DNA of 64,000 bases from Toensbergia leucococca (taxonomy: Eukaryota): NCBI GenBank assembly GCA_022813965.1, contig JALDZS010000017.1, positions 1-64,000 of the forward strand, written 5' to 3'. Shown in pieces: positions 26,231 through 38,456 of the stretch. The position numbers and the translations under genes are program-made. The stretch's first letter is position 1, and the number at the start of each line of letters is the position of its first letter. Under the pieces are notes generated by a model. It was not told the origin of the DNA, ran no database searches, and was given only the letters and a program-made list of their open reading frames with translations.

Positions 26231-26625
26231 ATTTGTGATTTTGCGATGTTGCGGTAAGTCACAGTTAGGCTTCCCTACCAACTCGCATTTCCACAAATTC
26301 AACCAAACCTTGGCACTGATTCGCAAGTATGACGTGTCGAATTTCCAATCTTCGACCTTTCATGGACATGTATCAACTTCATCCTCATTGAGCGCGAATA
26401 TACTAATATGGAGCAAAGGTATTTGTAGCCTGCTAACCCGCTATCTATCTAGAATATGCTGGGTGTGGGGTATTTGGCAATGAATCCGCCTTCCCTGCCG
26501 TTGCTCCAAGTCCATATACACGTCCCAGTCCCCAAATAACAACCTTGCCAACGCCTTGTGTAGATGCCTTGCATGTCTGCTAGTACCCCATGCTTCCTGT
26601 TCATGACAGGCCTTCATGCCGGGGC

Positions 26626-27108
26626 TTAAGCTCCAGCCGCCTTCGTGGTAAAGTCGGTCTCGGTAGGAAGAATGCTACCATCAGCAGCCTTCTCACAAGA
26701 ACAGGCATCTATGATATGTCAGCGACTACTATTGGTATTAGTTGTTGACTGATTAGCTCACCGGAAGATCTTTGGCCACAAGCACACGTCGCCCCAGTTA
26801 CCTTGGCGTTCTCCTTAGATGCACGATCGCAGTTGCATTCCCCGGCTGGGCGGGCTCCTGAAGTTCCAGAATTTAGCCAAGTTCATATGAGCATGAAGCG
26901 GTAGACTCCATAGCTGCGAAATAATAGTATCCCTGTGAAGTTGATATTACTTACTGCATGAGCATCTCGCACCAGTGACTGTGTTTTCGGTCACAGCCTT
27001 CTCACAGGTGCAGTGAAGAGCGGACTGCTTGCCACAGGAGCACTTGGCTTGAGAAGCACATACGCACTCCCCACCGGAGCGGCCGCAGCAGGTTGCTGGA
27101 ACCGTCAT
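26626..27108 (-). CDS. Cys-rich metallothionein / copper-resistance protein (Crd2-like), 3 exons, 110 aa
   Basis: Exons 27108-26955, 26857-26762, 26708-26626 with GT-AG introns and branch sites. Splices to MTVPATCCGRSGGECVCASQAKCSCGKQSALHCTCEKAVTENTVTGARCSCRARPAGECNCDRASKENAKVTGATCACGQRSSDACSCEKAADGSILPTETDFTTKAAGA* (16 Cys: one CC plus seven CxC). Confidence 0.9.
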
Positions 27109-28226
27109 ATTTGTAGATGTACTGATGTTATGGACTCTGAAGCGAGAACAGCTTTGAACTGATGAAGATAGGAGACGGTTGAGAGAATCAGTGTTGGTAT
27201 TTGTGTTGATTGTAGTACTGAAGGAAGAAAGTCAAGTGGGGAACGACTGCTTAATATGTGACTGGCACTTTCATCACATTGAAGTGCTTATGAATTACGC
27301 GCATCTCATTGGCTAGCCTCACACGCTAAAACTTAGCTAAAATCTCAAAAATTGACTCGCTGACTGTCACATATGTGCTGTTTGGTTCAAATGGGTAAGA
27401 AGGTAAATACTCACCAACAATGACGAGTAGTCTTCTGAAGTAAATAGATGTATTACTCATGGGCGTAAGAGAGTCCCTTCATTTCACATGACAGAGACTC
27501 TTGCAATGGGATCACGCCCAAAGCCAATGTGCCCCACTATGCTCCAATATACATTATCACTCCAGGTAGAAGAGGCCATGCACCAAGCATTCTCATTACC
27601 CAAATCGTTTGTCTCGCACGTTAAATCTTAGCTGGAGACCATCTAAATTGACTGTTCGTTGTCAATTAGAGATAGGAAAGTATGAGCTAGCTGTTGTGCC
27701 GTATGGTGAAGGTCAGGGGTGCTTTAAAGAGCTTTCTGGGAAGAAGGTGAGGGATAGGTCGACCAGAGAGCCAGCGAGAATGCTTGAGGAGATGTCTAAA
27801 CAAAGGATTACCATAGTGCATGTCGGCGAATGCAGTAAAGGCTTCAATGTGAAATTAAAAAGGTATGCCGATTAGTAGCATGGGTTTGACTACCTAGTAC
27901 AAGAAGTGACGACGAGAAAGCAATTTGGTACGAAAAGGCGATGCAATGCGTTCTGCGCAGCAAATGATAGATATCAATTGAAGGAGGCGCTCGACACCCG
28001 AATTCCTAACTCGCAAACCCCGAAGCTCATCATGCCAGGGCGTAGTCGGACATCGCATTCTCAGCAATATAGTGCAGTTGAGAGCAATATCTTGAATGAA
28101 AATGTGATGAATCAAGCGTTCGATGACATAGTGGTCGTCCTCTTGAATATGGTGTGTATAGGAGTTGCTGATATCCCTTCAGTTGGAGGGGTGAATCAAA
28201 TTCATTAATACTGTGACAGGTCCACG

Positions 28227-30203
28227 TTAACCAGGGTTGAAGGCTGGTCGAAGGTTGAGACTATTGCCACCAGTGTCCTCTAGGATGTCGTCGTTATAGA
28301 AGTGATGTGCAGAGATGTTGGGAATGATATCAGAAGAGAGTGTTCCACTCGCTTGGTCGTCCTCAGTAGGGCTATCTGTCCGGGAGACCTGATCGTTATA
28401 AGATCCTTCATTTCCATAAGGGTCTAGGTAAGCCGTACGTCGATACGGAATGCTAAATTGTGCTGATTGGAAATCTTGTGGTGCAGTCAATGGAGCGCTT
28501 TGGAGACCTTGAGGTGCTTGGATTCGCTGATAATCCGAAATGCCGCCAAGAGACCTGGATTGCAGGCGTAAATCTAGACCTAGCGGAAATGGTGTCGTAC
28601 CGGATCGAATGCGTGCCTGCGCAGAAGATCGAAATCCTTGCGCTTGTTCGTCAGAAGAAACGTCAAGTCGCAGTGCGTGAAAGGTGTCTCTGGGCGTACT
28701 AGAGTAAGCCAGACCATATGGGAGGTCGACAGCATTTGTAGTGTTGTGCTCAGGCTGGTCATCTTGTGCCAAGCGCGGAGCATCCAAATCGACGGGGCAC
28801 TGGGATTCGCCATAATCCAGGGCATTACCTATGTAAGACATGCTTGACCTAAGAGGAGATGCTAAAGACTCTGCTCGTGTTCTCGTCAGCCTGTCGCGTA
28901 TCTGGAGTTTGGGGATATATGGTTGGCTACGATTAGTTGTCGAGAAACTGCCAGACCGAATAAAGGGGTTGGTGATTCGCGGACTATTGGCCTGCGATAA
29001 GCCGGCATGAAATCTTTCACCAGTTGGCGAGATCGGTGATAGATTCTTAGAGGCTCGCACAGAGTTAGGGGGCGTATAGAAATTGCTGAAAGCAGAGCTC
29101 ATGCTCAGTGGGGATACAATACTATCGTCTTCGCTGTGTCGACGTATGACATCACCCATTAAAGGTCGAATAGACCCAATGTCGGAGAATGCAGAAGCAT
29201 AAGAGGCGGGGGATGCTATTGGGGAGCCGATCGCGGATGAATGTGCTCCAAAGGGGAGGTGTAAAGCTTGTGTCATGTCAAAGTTCTCAGGGAGTGCTCG
29301 AGATTTCATCATGCGCTCTCGGTCGTCGCTTGTAAATCGTTTCAATTTCGCTCGTCTGGTGTCACTACTTAGTATGGAATCATCCTGACGACGTCAGGCT
29401 TGGTTTACCTATTCTGAAACCACACCTGTACCTGGCGAGGACTGAGACCAGGAATTTCTCTTGATAACCGCTCTCTTTGTGCCGCATCCGGATGTGCCTG
29501 ACGAGCAAACTCGCTCATAAGGAATCGAGTTTGATTGTGAGTCAATCTAGAACGAAAATTAAATGCTATCACATATACTGCCGTAGACTACGGACCTGAA
29601 ACGCTTCATCTTGCGCTTTTCAGCTCGTCGCTCAGCAGCTGATCTCCCGACTCCAGTGTCATCACCAGTGTCTTCCTCGAACTCTGCAGCGATCATGGCT
29701 ATTTCTTCCTCATTCTCGGGCAGATTGTCTTGCTCTACGTCGATTGAAGTTGGAGTAAGTTGACCTGACGGGCTGGTAGGGGCCGATTGATCGCATACTG
29801 CTTCCACCTTGGCATTTCCAGCGACTTGGGTCTGTCGGAGCAGTGATGGGTCAGTGGATGGACACTCCACCATACCATCGAGTGTAGGGTTTTTTCCGGG
29901 CGATATATGCTGTTGTCCCGAAGAGTAGATAGAGGAACTGAGACTATATGGAACACTCGTGTGAGATCGTAGAACCGGTCGACTCCTGCCATCTCCAGCC
30001 TGATGTTGATAGTGATAAGAACCCAACCCCAAGTTCCTATCGAGCCCAAGACCGTAGGGAGATAATGGCTGCAGCAGCGGCTGACAAGACTGCCAATTCG
30101 AACCTGCGGACGTTACAGGATGTGTTGACATTTGTGGAGAGGTCGGCGGAGAGAGCAATAACCTAGTCCAGTCTACTGGGACCATTGAGAGCCCCCAACT
30201 CAT
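28227..30203 (-). CDS. Homeodomain transcription factor (homeobox split by two introns)
   Basis: Spliced homeodomain KRKMKRFR|LTHNQTRFLMSEFARQAHPDAAQRERLSREIPGLSPRQVQVWFQNR|RAKLKR, followed by an S/P-rich C-terminus. Start codon and a possible further intron near 28.65-28.70 kb are uncertain. Confidence 0.92.
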
Positions 30204-32941
30204 AGCTATACTAGCAAATTCTCATCTCTAAATCGATCAGACAGGACTGCAATGGTGGAATGATCGCAATGTTGGCAGGGCAGGCCTGAGTAGAACTTCC
30301 TGAAGCTTTCTTCGACTGTAAATAGTCGCTGGGCACTCCGTAAAGCGCTTGCATCCCATAGAGATCAGGCCTCGACTTGAAAGTGGTGCAAATTGCGGTT
30401 GTTCTTGAAATGAAATGACACGGAATGTAAGGTTCAGGCTTGAAAACGCTGTCTCCAATCGCAGGGACTAAGGCGGGGGAGCCCTAGCTCGATTTAAGCG
30501 CTGGTGAGCTCTTCACGTGGTAATGAGTAACAGTACCAATTCTTGAAGACGCTTAGATGCGAAGAGTAAGATAGAGGGGCGGGATCAGGCCGAGGAAGAA
30601 CGTCTAGGAAACCCATCTTCAATGACTTCGATTGCAAAAGACCAAAGATGGCTCACCAGGCCTTGCAGCTTTCCTGCCTAAAAGAACGAATATGCAGCAA
30701 GAACCGGATATTTACATGAAACGAAAGATCAGGTGGGAAAAATGTTCCACTTCTCCATATAAATGCTAGGATCGACTGATTTCGTCTTTGGTGATGAAAA
30801 AGATTCTGCTGAACGTACCTCAAGCGAATGTTGCCACTCTAATCAATCGAGAGGCATGGTAATGCCCATGCAAGATCTGATCTACAACATTTAGATTGTG
30901 CCTAGGACCTTTGCCCTTAGAAGCCAGACGCGAGTCTCTGGCTGTTCAACAATGGTAAACCGTTTCCGAGTTTTGAGGCTGGATGAGAACCAAAGCACGA
31001 CACCGGTATTCTAGTTATCGGCTAAGGTAACCAAGGAGTCCAACAGGGCTGAAAGTGGTGACCAGTTAAAACGTTTCCTTCCCGATCTCGAAAGATGAGA
31101 GTACTAGGGGCCAACTTTCGGTTTTTTTCAATATTGACAAGGCTCATCCTCCCGTTTCACCATTCAAGGTTAGCCAAAATTCGTCATAGCAGGTCTCGCA
31201 TATCTAGAATCTAAGTATCATTGGAACAATATGCCTATTTCCTGGAACGTGTGATTGTTCAGGGGAAGAATGACTTAAGTCAGGTGCTCGGGCACGCAAG
31301 CGGGGAATGCAGAAGTTCTCAAACCGTGACTCAGAGGATGAAGGCTATCCAATGGTGACCCACCCCTTCATCAACGGTTTGACGCAGTTTGATGAACTTT
31401 CATTCGCTGCGGGCCGTATTGAGGAACTGCATGCATGCACGGAGCACAGTGAGCACTTGGATGTAGTCGCTTAGCAGCTCCAGCGTAACGGCGCTGAGGT
31501 AAGATCGAGCAACGGTCCTCCATCGTCATATCGGTTACAGTAGCGTTGCCTCGGTCACTCTTAGTCTTGGCCTCGTTGGTTTGTAATGACGACTCCAATG
31601 GTGGTAGGCCTACAAATCTTGATGTTTTTCCTGTAGGGGTTTGGGACTCGAGTGCAACCCATGTAAACTATCCTTGCTGGTGTGTATGCACGGCCGTTGG
31701 TCAACCAAGTGTCCCTCGAGCGGGTCAAATCAGATTATGGGCGGTCCTGGATCGAGGAACATAGCCCTACCTACCCGGCTGTCGAGAGTCAAATTCAACA
31801 GACTTGTGCAAATCTTCTTCGGCATTGCTTTAGCTACCAAGACAGTTCCGACGGATGATGAGTTCTCAAATGCATCTGATCGAGTCTGCTTCTCCTTTCT
31901 TGGCAGGATTGGAACTAATTCGGGTACGATATCCCTCCACTCAGTATCAAGTCGGACATTGAGCTTGCATTCCATGGAGGAAGTTCATCCTTGACGTGGA
32001 GCGACAGTTTGACTTGCAGATAGCAGACGAATCCGACGACAAAGATAGCGGAGCTAGACCGGGGAAGAGGTACTTTAATGATCGACGCCACGGCTAGGTG
32101 AATTGCTGGATGCAGATTACCGTGGGATTCGTTCTGATTACCGAGAAATGAGGGCGTCATCATGCTCGATGGAGCTAAGAGAGAAGGTGGGAGTCAGATC
32201 CTGACATTCTGACAAGAAATGGAGACATGAAGGCCTGATTCATTGTGTTGGTCGGTACATGTCACGGGAAACTGCCGCGTTCGGTGCACGTTCACTCTGC
32301 CATCTTGAAGGCGTATTATACAATGGAAGCGAGATTGTGGGGGAAAAAAGAGGGCTTGGTAGTGGGAAATGAAGATGGTGTGACGGTCAGCGATGGGCCT
32401 ATCAGGCTATCAGCCGACATGAAATGAGCTGTGTTGCTGTTGGCCTTGGCGATTAAATTCAGGGCAACGTTGATGAAACATCGCTTCCTCCCAAGATCTC
32501 AATCCCATTTCCCACTTCCCAATCCCCAAAGTGGTAATCACCTCGGAACATTGCAGATAGCCAAGGCCATTTCATCGCCATATCCGAGGTATCTGTACTA
32601 CTTTAATCTCGAAGCAGTGCATGATTCCCGGCCCGTTGAATCCACACGTTATGATTGGAAGAACCATCATCTCCGTCACATTTTCAGTCTTCACAACAGC
32701 CCTGACGAAGTTGACAGGATTGATGCTTCTTGGTTGCCGTGATGATTCATAGTCGAGATAGTGTGCGAATACAGTATCTGTACCCGCAAACAATGTCCAG
32801 TGGAGGACTAGTTGTAGGAACATCAGAACACCTATTGCATGAAGAGGATCCATTGCATAGGTGGGTAGCTTTTATCTCAATTATCTCACATTTTGATACC
32901 AGCCAGGCAAAGTGCTCGATTAGTCATCGTGATGCCAGGTA

Positions 32942-34506
32942 CGAGGTCGAAAAATTAAGAATTGAGGTGGCTACCGTACCGCAGTGCAGTCTTGGCATGC
33001 AACATCAAAACATTGAATTATCGTGATATCTAGATAGATCTTCTATCCATGGAAGTTATTCCTGCCTTCAGCCCCTAGGACTTGCTTTACTCGTCTCTCA
33101 AGATTCTCTATTAAAGGATTGATATCCTTTTCAATATCTAGCTTATCCCATTCATCCATCCACGCTGCATGTAGCTGTTCATACTCCTTGATATAAGGCC
33201 TTCTCTTTGCGACTCTATCCTTGAGGAGACACCATATGTGTTCTATAGGGTTGAGATCCGGGGAATTGCCAGGCCATTTTAAGAGATCAGTATTGAATTC
33301 TAAAAAGATTTGATCATTTCAGTGAGATGTGTGGTTTGAACAGCCATCTTGCATTATCAAGGCCTCTGGGTGAGTTTTTTTGAATTCCGTGTATGCAGGG
33401 AGAAGATGTGCTTGTAAGATGTGTCTGTTGTAGCGATACCAGTCTATTCCTTCCCCTTTAGATCGTAATTGTAGCTTGAAGGAATTATAGAACTGTGGAT
33501 AGGTTCCTTGACGTTTCTTTTCAGTCATCATCAGAGATAGATCTATAGCTTCTTGCTTTGCTAACCATATCTTCTCTTCTTTCATCCATCTAATGATATC
33601 TTCCTTTCTAAGCTCTTCCTTGGAGGCGGCCCTAATAGCTGGAGTTTCCTTCTCATAGATGTGACAGGGTCCCTTCCATCCCCATGCAATAGAACCCCAA
33701 AACATGAATGTGGAGTTGGTTTTAAAGGCCCGTTCCATGCAGTTCAGGCTTCATTCCTCATCCTTGGTCCGTGTAATCAAGCCTTTTCCCCGATGCTCTC
33801 CCATTATAACAGATGTCTCATCAGTAAAGATAACCTGATCTCAATCACCTATATCTAATAGATCATTCTCCTTGCTATGCTATGCAATGTTCATGTCTCA
33901 TGTCACAAATAGAAGGTTAAGCGGTCATCCTTCATCTTCTGATTGAGAAATGGCTTGTATCGTGGATGATAACGTCCAAATCCTCCCTCATGAAAGGCCT
34001 TTGCAATAGTGAGAGGTGAGGCCTGAATGTTGCATTCCTTGAGAGAAGAGAAGGAATTAGTCAAGCTGATAGAGAAGAATAGAGAAGAATAGAGACCTTT
34101 GCAACATTGACTCAGCTAACATGCCTCCATTCATAGCTACTGGTAGCCTTCCTTCATAAGATCTTCTTCTGTTCCTTTGTTAAGACTTTTGGTCGACCCT
34201 CCTTTGCATAGGGAGCTAGATTTTGTCCTGAGAAACAAGACTGATGTGTATTATCTTCACTAGCTCTATTTACTCCTCTCTCAGCAATGCGACGCGCTGT
34301 TTGTGAATTTACATGCAATGATTCAGCCACTTTGTTGATAAATTGATTATTGCTGATTTCTCCTAAGGCATGACNNNNNNNNNNCATAATTGACGTTGAT
34401 GTGATGAAAAAACAGTACAATTGGCTTGAAAATCAGGGTTTTCAGGATCACTACGTTGGTCAGAAGTGGTACGGTAGCCACCTCAATTCTTAATTTTTCG
34501 ACCTCG
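32942..34506 (-). mobile_element. Tc1/mariner-superfamily DNA transposon (DD34E), full length with both TIRs, inactivated
   Basis: Perfect 39-bp TIRs CGAGGTCGAAAAATTAAGAATTGAGGTGGCTACCGTACC at 32942-32980 and 34468-34506, with TA duplication at 32940-41 and 34507-08. A 10-N gap lies at 34375-34384. Confidence 0.95.
33043..34387 (-). pseudogene. Tc1-type transposase pseudogene with one spliceosomal intron (34096-34038)
   Basis: HALGEISNN, GRPKVLT, helix-turn-helix region (NVAK|ECNIQASPLTIAKAFHEGGF...KPFL), VIFTDET, MFWGSI, MQDGCSNH and WPGNSPDLNPIEHIW (D-34-E), ending GRNNFHG*. Several in-frame stops and a 5-bp frameshifting duplication. Confidence 0.9.
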
Positions 34507-34532
34507 TATCATTTGGATGTGGATTGCTGCGA

Positions 34533-34557
34533 GTGTCACGTGTCTTGTGTCACGTGT
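34533..34557. promoter_or_regulatory. Tandem GTGTCACGTGT (E-box/Cbf1-type TCACGTG) between the transposon TIR and the clr2 ATG
   Basis: Two exact 11-bp copies at 34533-34543 and 34547-34557. Function is inferred. Confidence 0.5.
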
Positions 34558-34695
34558 TTCCCATAGCTAGTAAGCGAGCAAGGGCTTCGTGATTAATTCG
34601 CCGTCTCTAACATTAACCTCTGAACTTCAGTCTACCATCATGCTACTCTAATACCTTCCATATCTAGAACTGCTGACATTTCAATATCTTTCACA

Positions 34696-37177
34696 ATGCC
34701 GCTTAAATCCTCCGCAACGGAACGACCTACTGTCGTTGTGCCTATCAATGCTTATAGCGACGGCAATCCCAAGAAGCGCCCTACTGGAAGAAACTACACA
34801 TGTATTGACCCTTTATTCTGGCTACAGAAAGTTGCTACTCAATGGATGAATGATAAGGGTGAAGTCGTGCCTGGTGAGTTGATAGTACAGTCTTTTTGCT
34901 ATGTGTGTCAGTATTATTACTTCTGCACTTGTTTGGCCAGTGTAGCCACACCGCGAGCCATGTTTGCATTGGAAGTAAAGTTTTGAATATCTGCAAATAC
35001 GGGTCTGAGCTGTTGTATGCATGTCTCTCGTCTTGATGCCCGGTATGTCAGAATTTCATGAATATTAAACCACGCTAGCGTAGAAATATTGCCGCCGGTT
35101 CTGAGGGCCTCTTGATAGTTGAGGGCATGCTTGTCTTATCGATACGGGACCATGAGTGCTGGATTGATAACACTTGCTCATGCTCTTCCAAATCACTAAC
35201 ACAACGTTTTCATACAAAAGGCACAAACTACCAACTTGATCAACTACCTAGCGGTTATGCGCTCTACGACCGACCACGTCTGAACAATCCATCTCACGTT
35301 TGTTTCCCAATTCAGTTATGCCCTGATACCTTGAAACTAAGTTTGGCTTTACAAAGCGAGATAGATATCTTTACGGCCACCCCTTAGGCAAGGAGTTCAC
35401 TTCGCCTAAACAGTTCTACCAGCACTTTAAGTTCCTCATGGAGCACAAGAATGATGACACTTGCATTTGTGACTTATGCAAACTTCGCCCAAGCGGCCAA
35501 GCGTCAAGCAGTGGCGGTAGGCCCCCACTTGACAATGGGCGTAAAGGTGGACAAGACCCGCGAGACATTTACGCAATACTCTTCGACCTACTCAAGGCGG
35601 AGGGAGTGATTAACCAGGCCATCGAAGAGCCCTGGAGCTTTGTCTGTATAGTTTCACCCACATCAATGGAGTTTTACTAAATCATACGTACCTAGGACTG
35701 GCAGTGTGAGGCACCCTTGATGGAACCCACGAGGAGAAAAGCCACTGGTCAATACTCTTTCATCCCTCGCGTTGGAGAGCTGGTGCTTTTCTGTAAAACA
35801 GTTGATGGAGTAATCCAGCTAGAAACCTCTTCCGGAGAGTTCAAGATGTTTGACCCAATCACAGAGAAATATGGCCGTCATCCTGTATGGATGGCTGGAA
35901 TGATATCGGAAGATCCAGAAGAGCCTGTTTGTCTTGGAGATATCCGGGAGGAAACCGAGAAGAAGTTTGCCGTGACTGGTTCAGGCTTTCGCGTCCATTG
36001 CTTACCAAACGTAAATGATCTCGACAAAGGGCTAGGGAAACAATATGCGTATGTTCCAATGCACCATATTCGCCCGTTCTGTTTCTTTGGGGAGGTCTTG
36101 GCTGGTATACCTACGAGCGATTGGCATCCCTCCATCGATAATGCCCGATGTGTTATGGCCAGCTTGTCTGTCTCAAGCCGTCATCATATAAAAGGTACAT
36201 GGCCAAATGCGGCGGTCTATTGCAAGTCCATGTTTTTGGGATCCGAGCGTCTCTTTGTAGGCGACGCTGCCCGGATAGTTCCAGCCTCTGACGATCGTTC
36301 TCTAACGGAGGTTTTTCTGATTACGAATATTAAGGTTAGCTGGGAGAACCTACAACCAGAAAAAGACGGCAGAGTGACTGGAAATAAGGCTGACCGTCTT
36401 TCAATCTTCGTCCACGGTAAACATCTTACACTTGATCCAAATGATGCCTACGAGCGCATGCCAGTGGATGAAGTCACTCTGCCGCTGGCACAAGGCATGA
36501 AGGGCCATGGCCAGTGGTATCACATGGCATCTCCAGAGTTGACGAGCCAAGTTACATACAGCCGCCTTCTTGGCCGCTGCTATGAAGCGGACGCAATGGG
36601 GCTTTGGCAGTTGGATGAACCAGGGGTGCTAGATACCGGCTTAGACAACACCCTGGCCGCAAGAAAGTACTCGGGCGAGAACGATCACCGCATCATCAAG
36701 GGCGGCAAGAAATGGTACTGGGGAGATTACCGCCTCGAAGTTTTGGACCTCGTCGAAGTCAATGGCGAGCCTACTTCGCTGGCTGTCAAGCCGTGTCATC
36801 CTGAACATTGGCGCACTGTTCTGCGTGATGTCAATGGCGTAGCGGACAAGAATTCAGAACTACCTCCTGTGGCGGCAGGCACAAACAAAGCGGGTAGGTC
36901 ATTTCTTGGGCCTCATCCTACTACTAGTCCAAGAAAGAGTGCCATGGAGATAAGTGCACTCGATGAGGAGGATGAGACAAGCGTGGGGGAAGAAACGGCC
37001 GAATCGAATGAGGAGGAAGAGTATTGGAGTGAAGAGGAAGAGGAGATCAGCGAGCTGGTCACTGGGGTAGTCCCTGGGGAAAATGATGGCCATGAGACGG
37101 ATGGAGAAGATCATCAGGCAACTAGTGAAGACGAACTCTCGGGTCCAGATCGCAAGCGGTCCAAAACTGAGCTTTGA
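34696..37177 (+). CDS. clr2: Cryptic loci regulator 2 (Clr2)-family transcriptional silencing protein, 4 exons, ~673 aa
   Basis: Exons 34696-34873, 35221-35297, 35357-35641, 35696-37177. Clr2 N-terminal signature YQLDQLPSGYALYDRPR...RDRYLYGHPLGKEFTSPKQFYQHFKFLM...CICDLC, then PRVGELV and FLGSERLFVGD, with an acidic tail and a basic NLS-like end. Confidence 0.8.
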
Positions 37178-38456
37178 TGCCAAGGCATTCATTGTGCTCT
37201 GATAACTTTGGTCTGGTTGGGAAATGAAAAGGATAAGCTAGCAGAAGCGATGTTTTTCATTTATGCAAAGGCGAGCAACTGTTTTGATTTTGAGATACCC
37301 AATGTGTATGCGCAGCGATTAAAAGCGCCACTCTAGAGATGAGTTTTTCTTTCTACCAAGATAAGCTCTAATCCAGATACCTAGTGTTTTCTTTGAAAGC
37401 TAACAAGAACTCTCGAACCCCCCTTGGCTACCTTTCGCTTGCCGAAACACTCCCCAATAGCCAAAAGATCTCCATCATCAGTAGTACATTACCATTATAA
37501 TTTATAGCATGCCTTTTACCTGTTCAACTCCGACACCCCTTTACTAACGGTCAGTTCATCACATCTACTCAGAGCATACATTCACCCCAACCTCGCCACC
37601 AATTCCATGCATCTAAACTCGTGTACTCTCAACGTAAACCTCGTTCGCCAATTACCAGTCAGCAATGACCACACGACACCTCTTCAAACTTCGCCCAATC
37701 CAACCGCCTGCTTCTAAACCAGATCTTCCTCTCACACTCCAAACCTATTGCTCGCCAATTACTACCCCTTTCCCATCACGTCCGCACAAAACGACCTCGC
37801 TCTCAACACCGACCAACAGAATACCCATGGAATATATCCCGAAGAATATCTCAAAAGGGTGGTGCCGACAAGAAGAGCCACAGAAATGCCAGCAAGAGAA
37901 AGAGCGCAGAGAGCATGGATGTTCAGACAGATGTCAAAGCGGATCCGACGTCACGTCAGAAAGTTGAAAGCAAGTGGAAGAAAGGAAAAAGGTGGCTGTG
38001 AGGAAGATATATGCCGGCAAGTGTAGAGACTGCTGCAAGAGCGAAGCCTCTCAAAAGCACGAGCACGGCTGCAATGAGCTCAACTGCGCAAAACACTACT
38101 ATGTAGCGACGGATAAGGAACTTGAATTATGCAGTGCAAGACTGAACTGGATTTGATTTGCCGAACAAATTGGGGTCGAGGACGGGGGAGAGGGGCGGAG
38201 ATGCGGAAGGGGATAAGGCGTTTTTTTTATCGAGCCCTCGAGGTGTGTTGTGTACGATATGCCATGATATCGACTCGTCGTCATTCTTCCAATCAAGTAC
38301 ACCCTTGCAACACATTCATCAGTACTCCGTACTTAATTAGAAATATCCTGGTTCTGAATATCAAGAGATTTATGTGAATAAAATGCTCTGGGCGTTGAGT
38401 TGAAGCCTTTACTTATGGTGGAAGGTAGCTTGTACACACATTTGGTATGACTTGGT

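Noticed and set aside
24991..26251. CAACATC(A/G)CA as terminal inverted repeats of the AT-rich relic
   Set aside because: Only ~10 bp with a mismatch and no target-site duplication; could be chance.
27350..27382. Ace1/Cup2 copper-response elements upstream of the metallothionein
   Set aside because: Two GCTG cores are present, but neither has the upstream T of the THNNGCTG consensus.
34874..35220. TPP riboswitch or C/D snoRNA in the clr2 intron
   Set aside because: CTGAG occurs, but the TGA.C..G.TAAT.C..GCG core is missing; no proper C box or recognisable rRNA antisense element.
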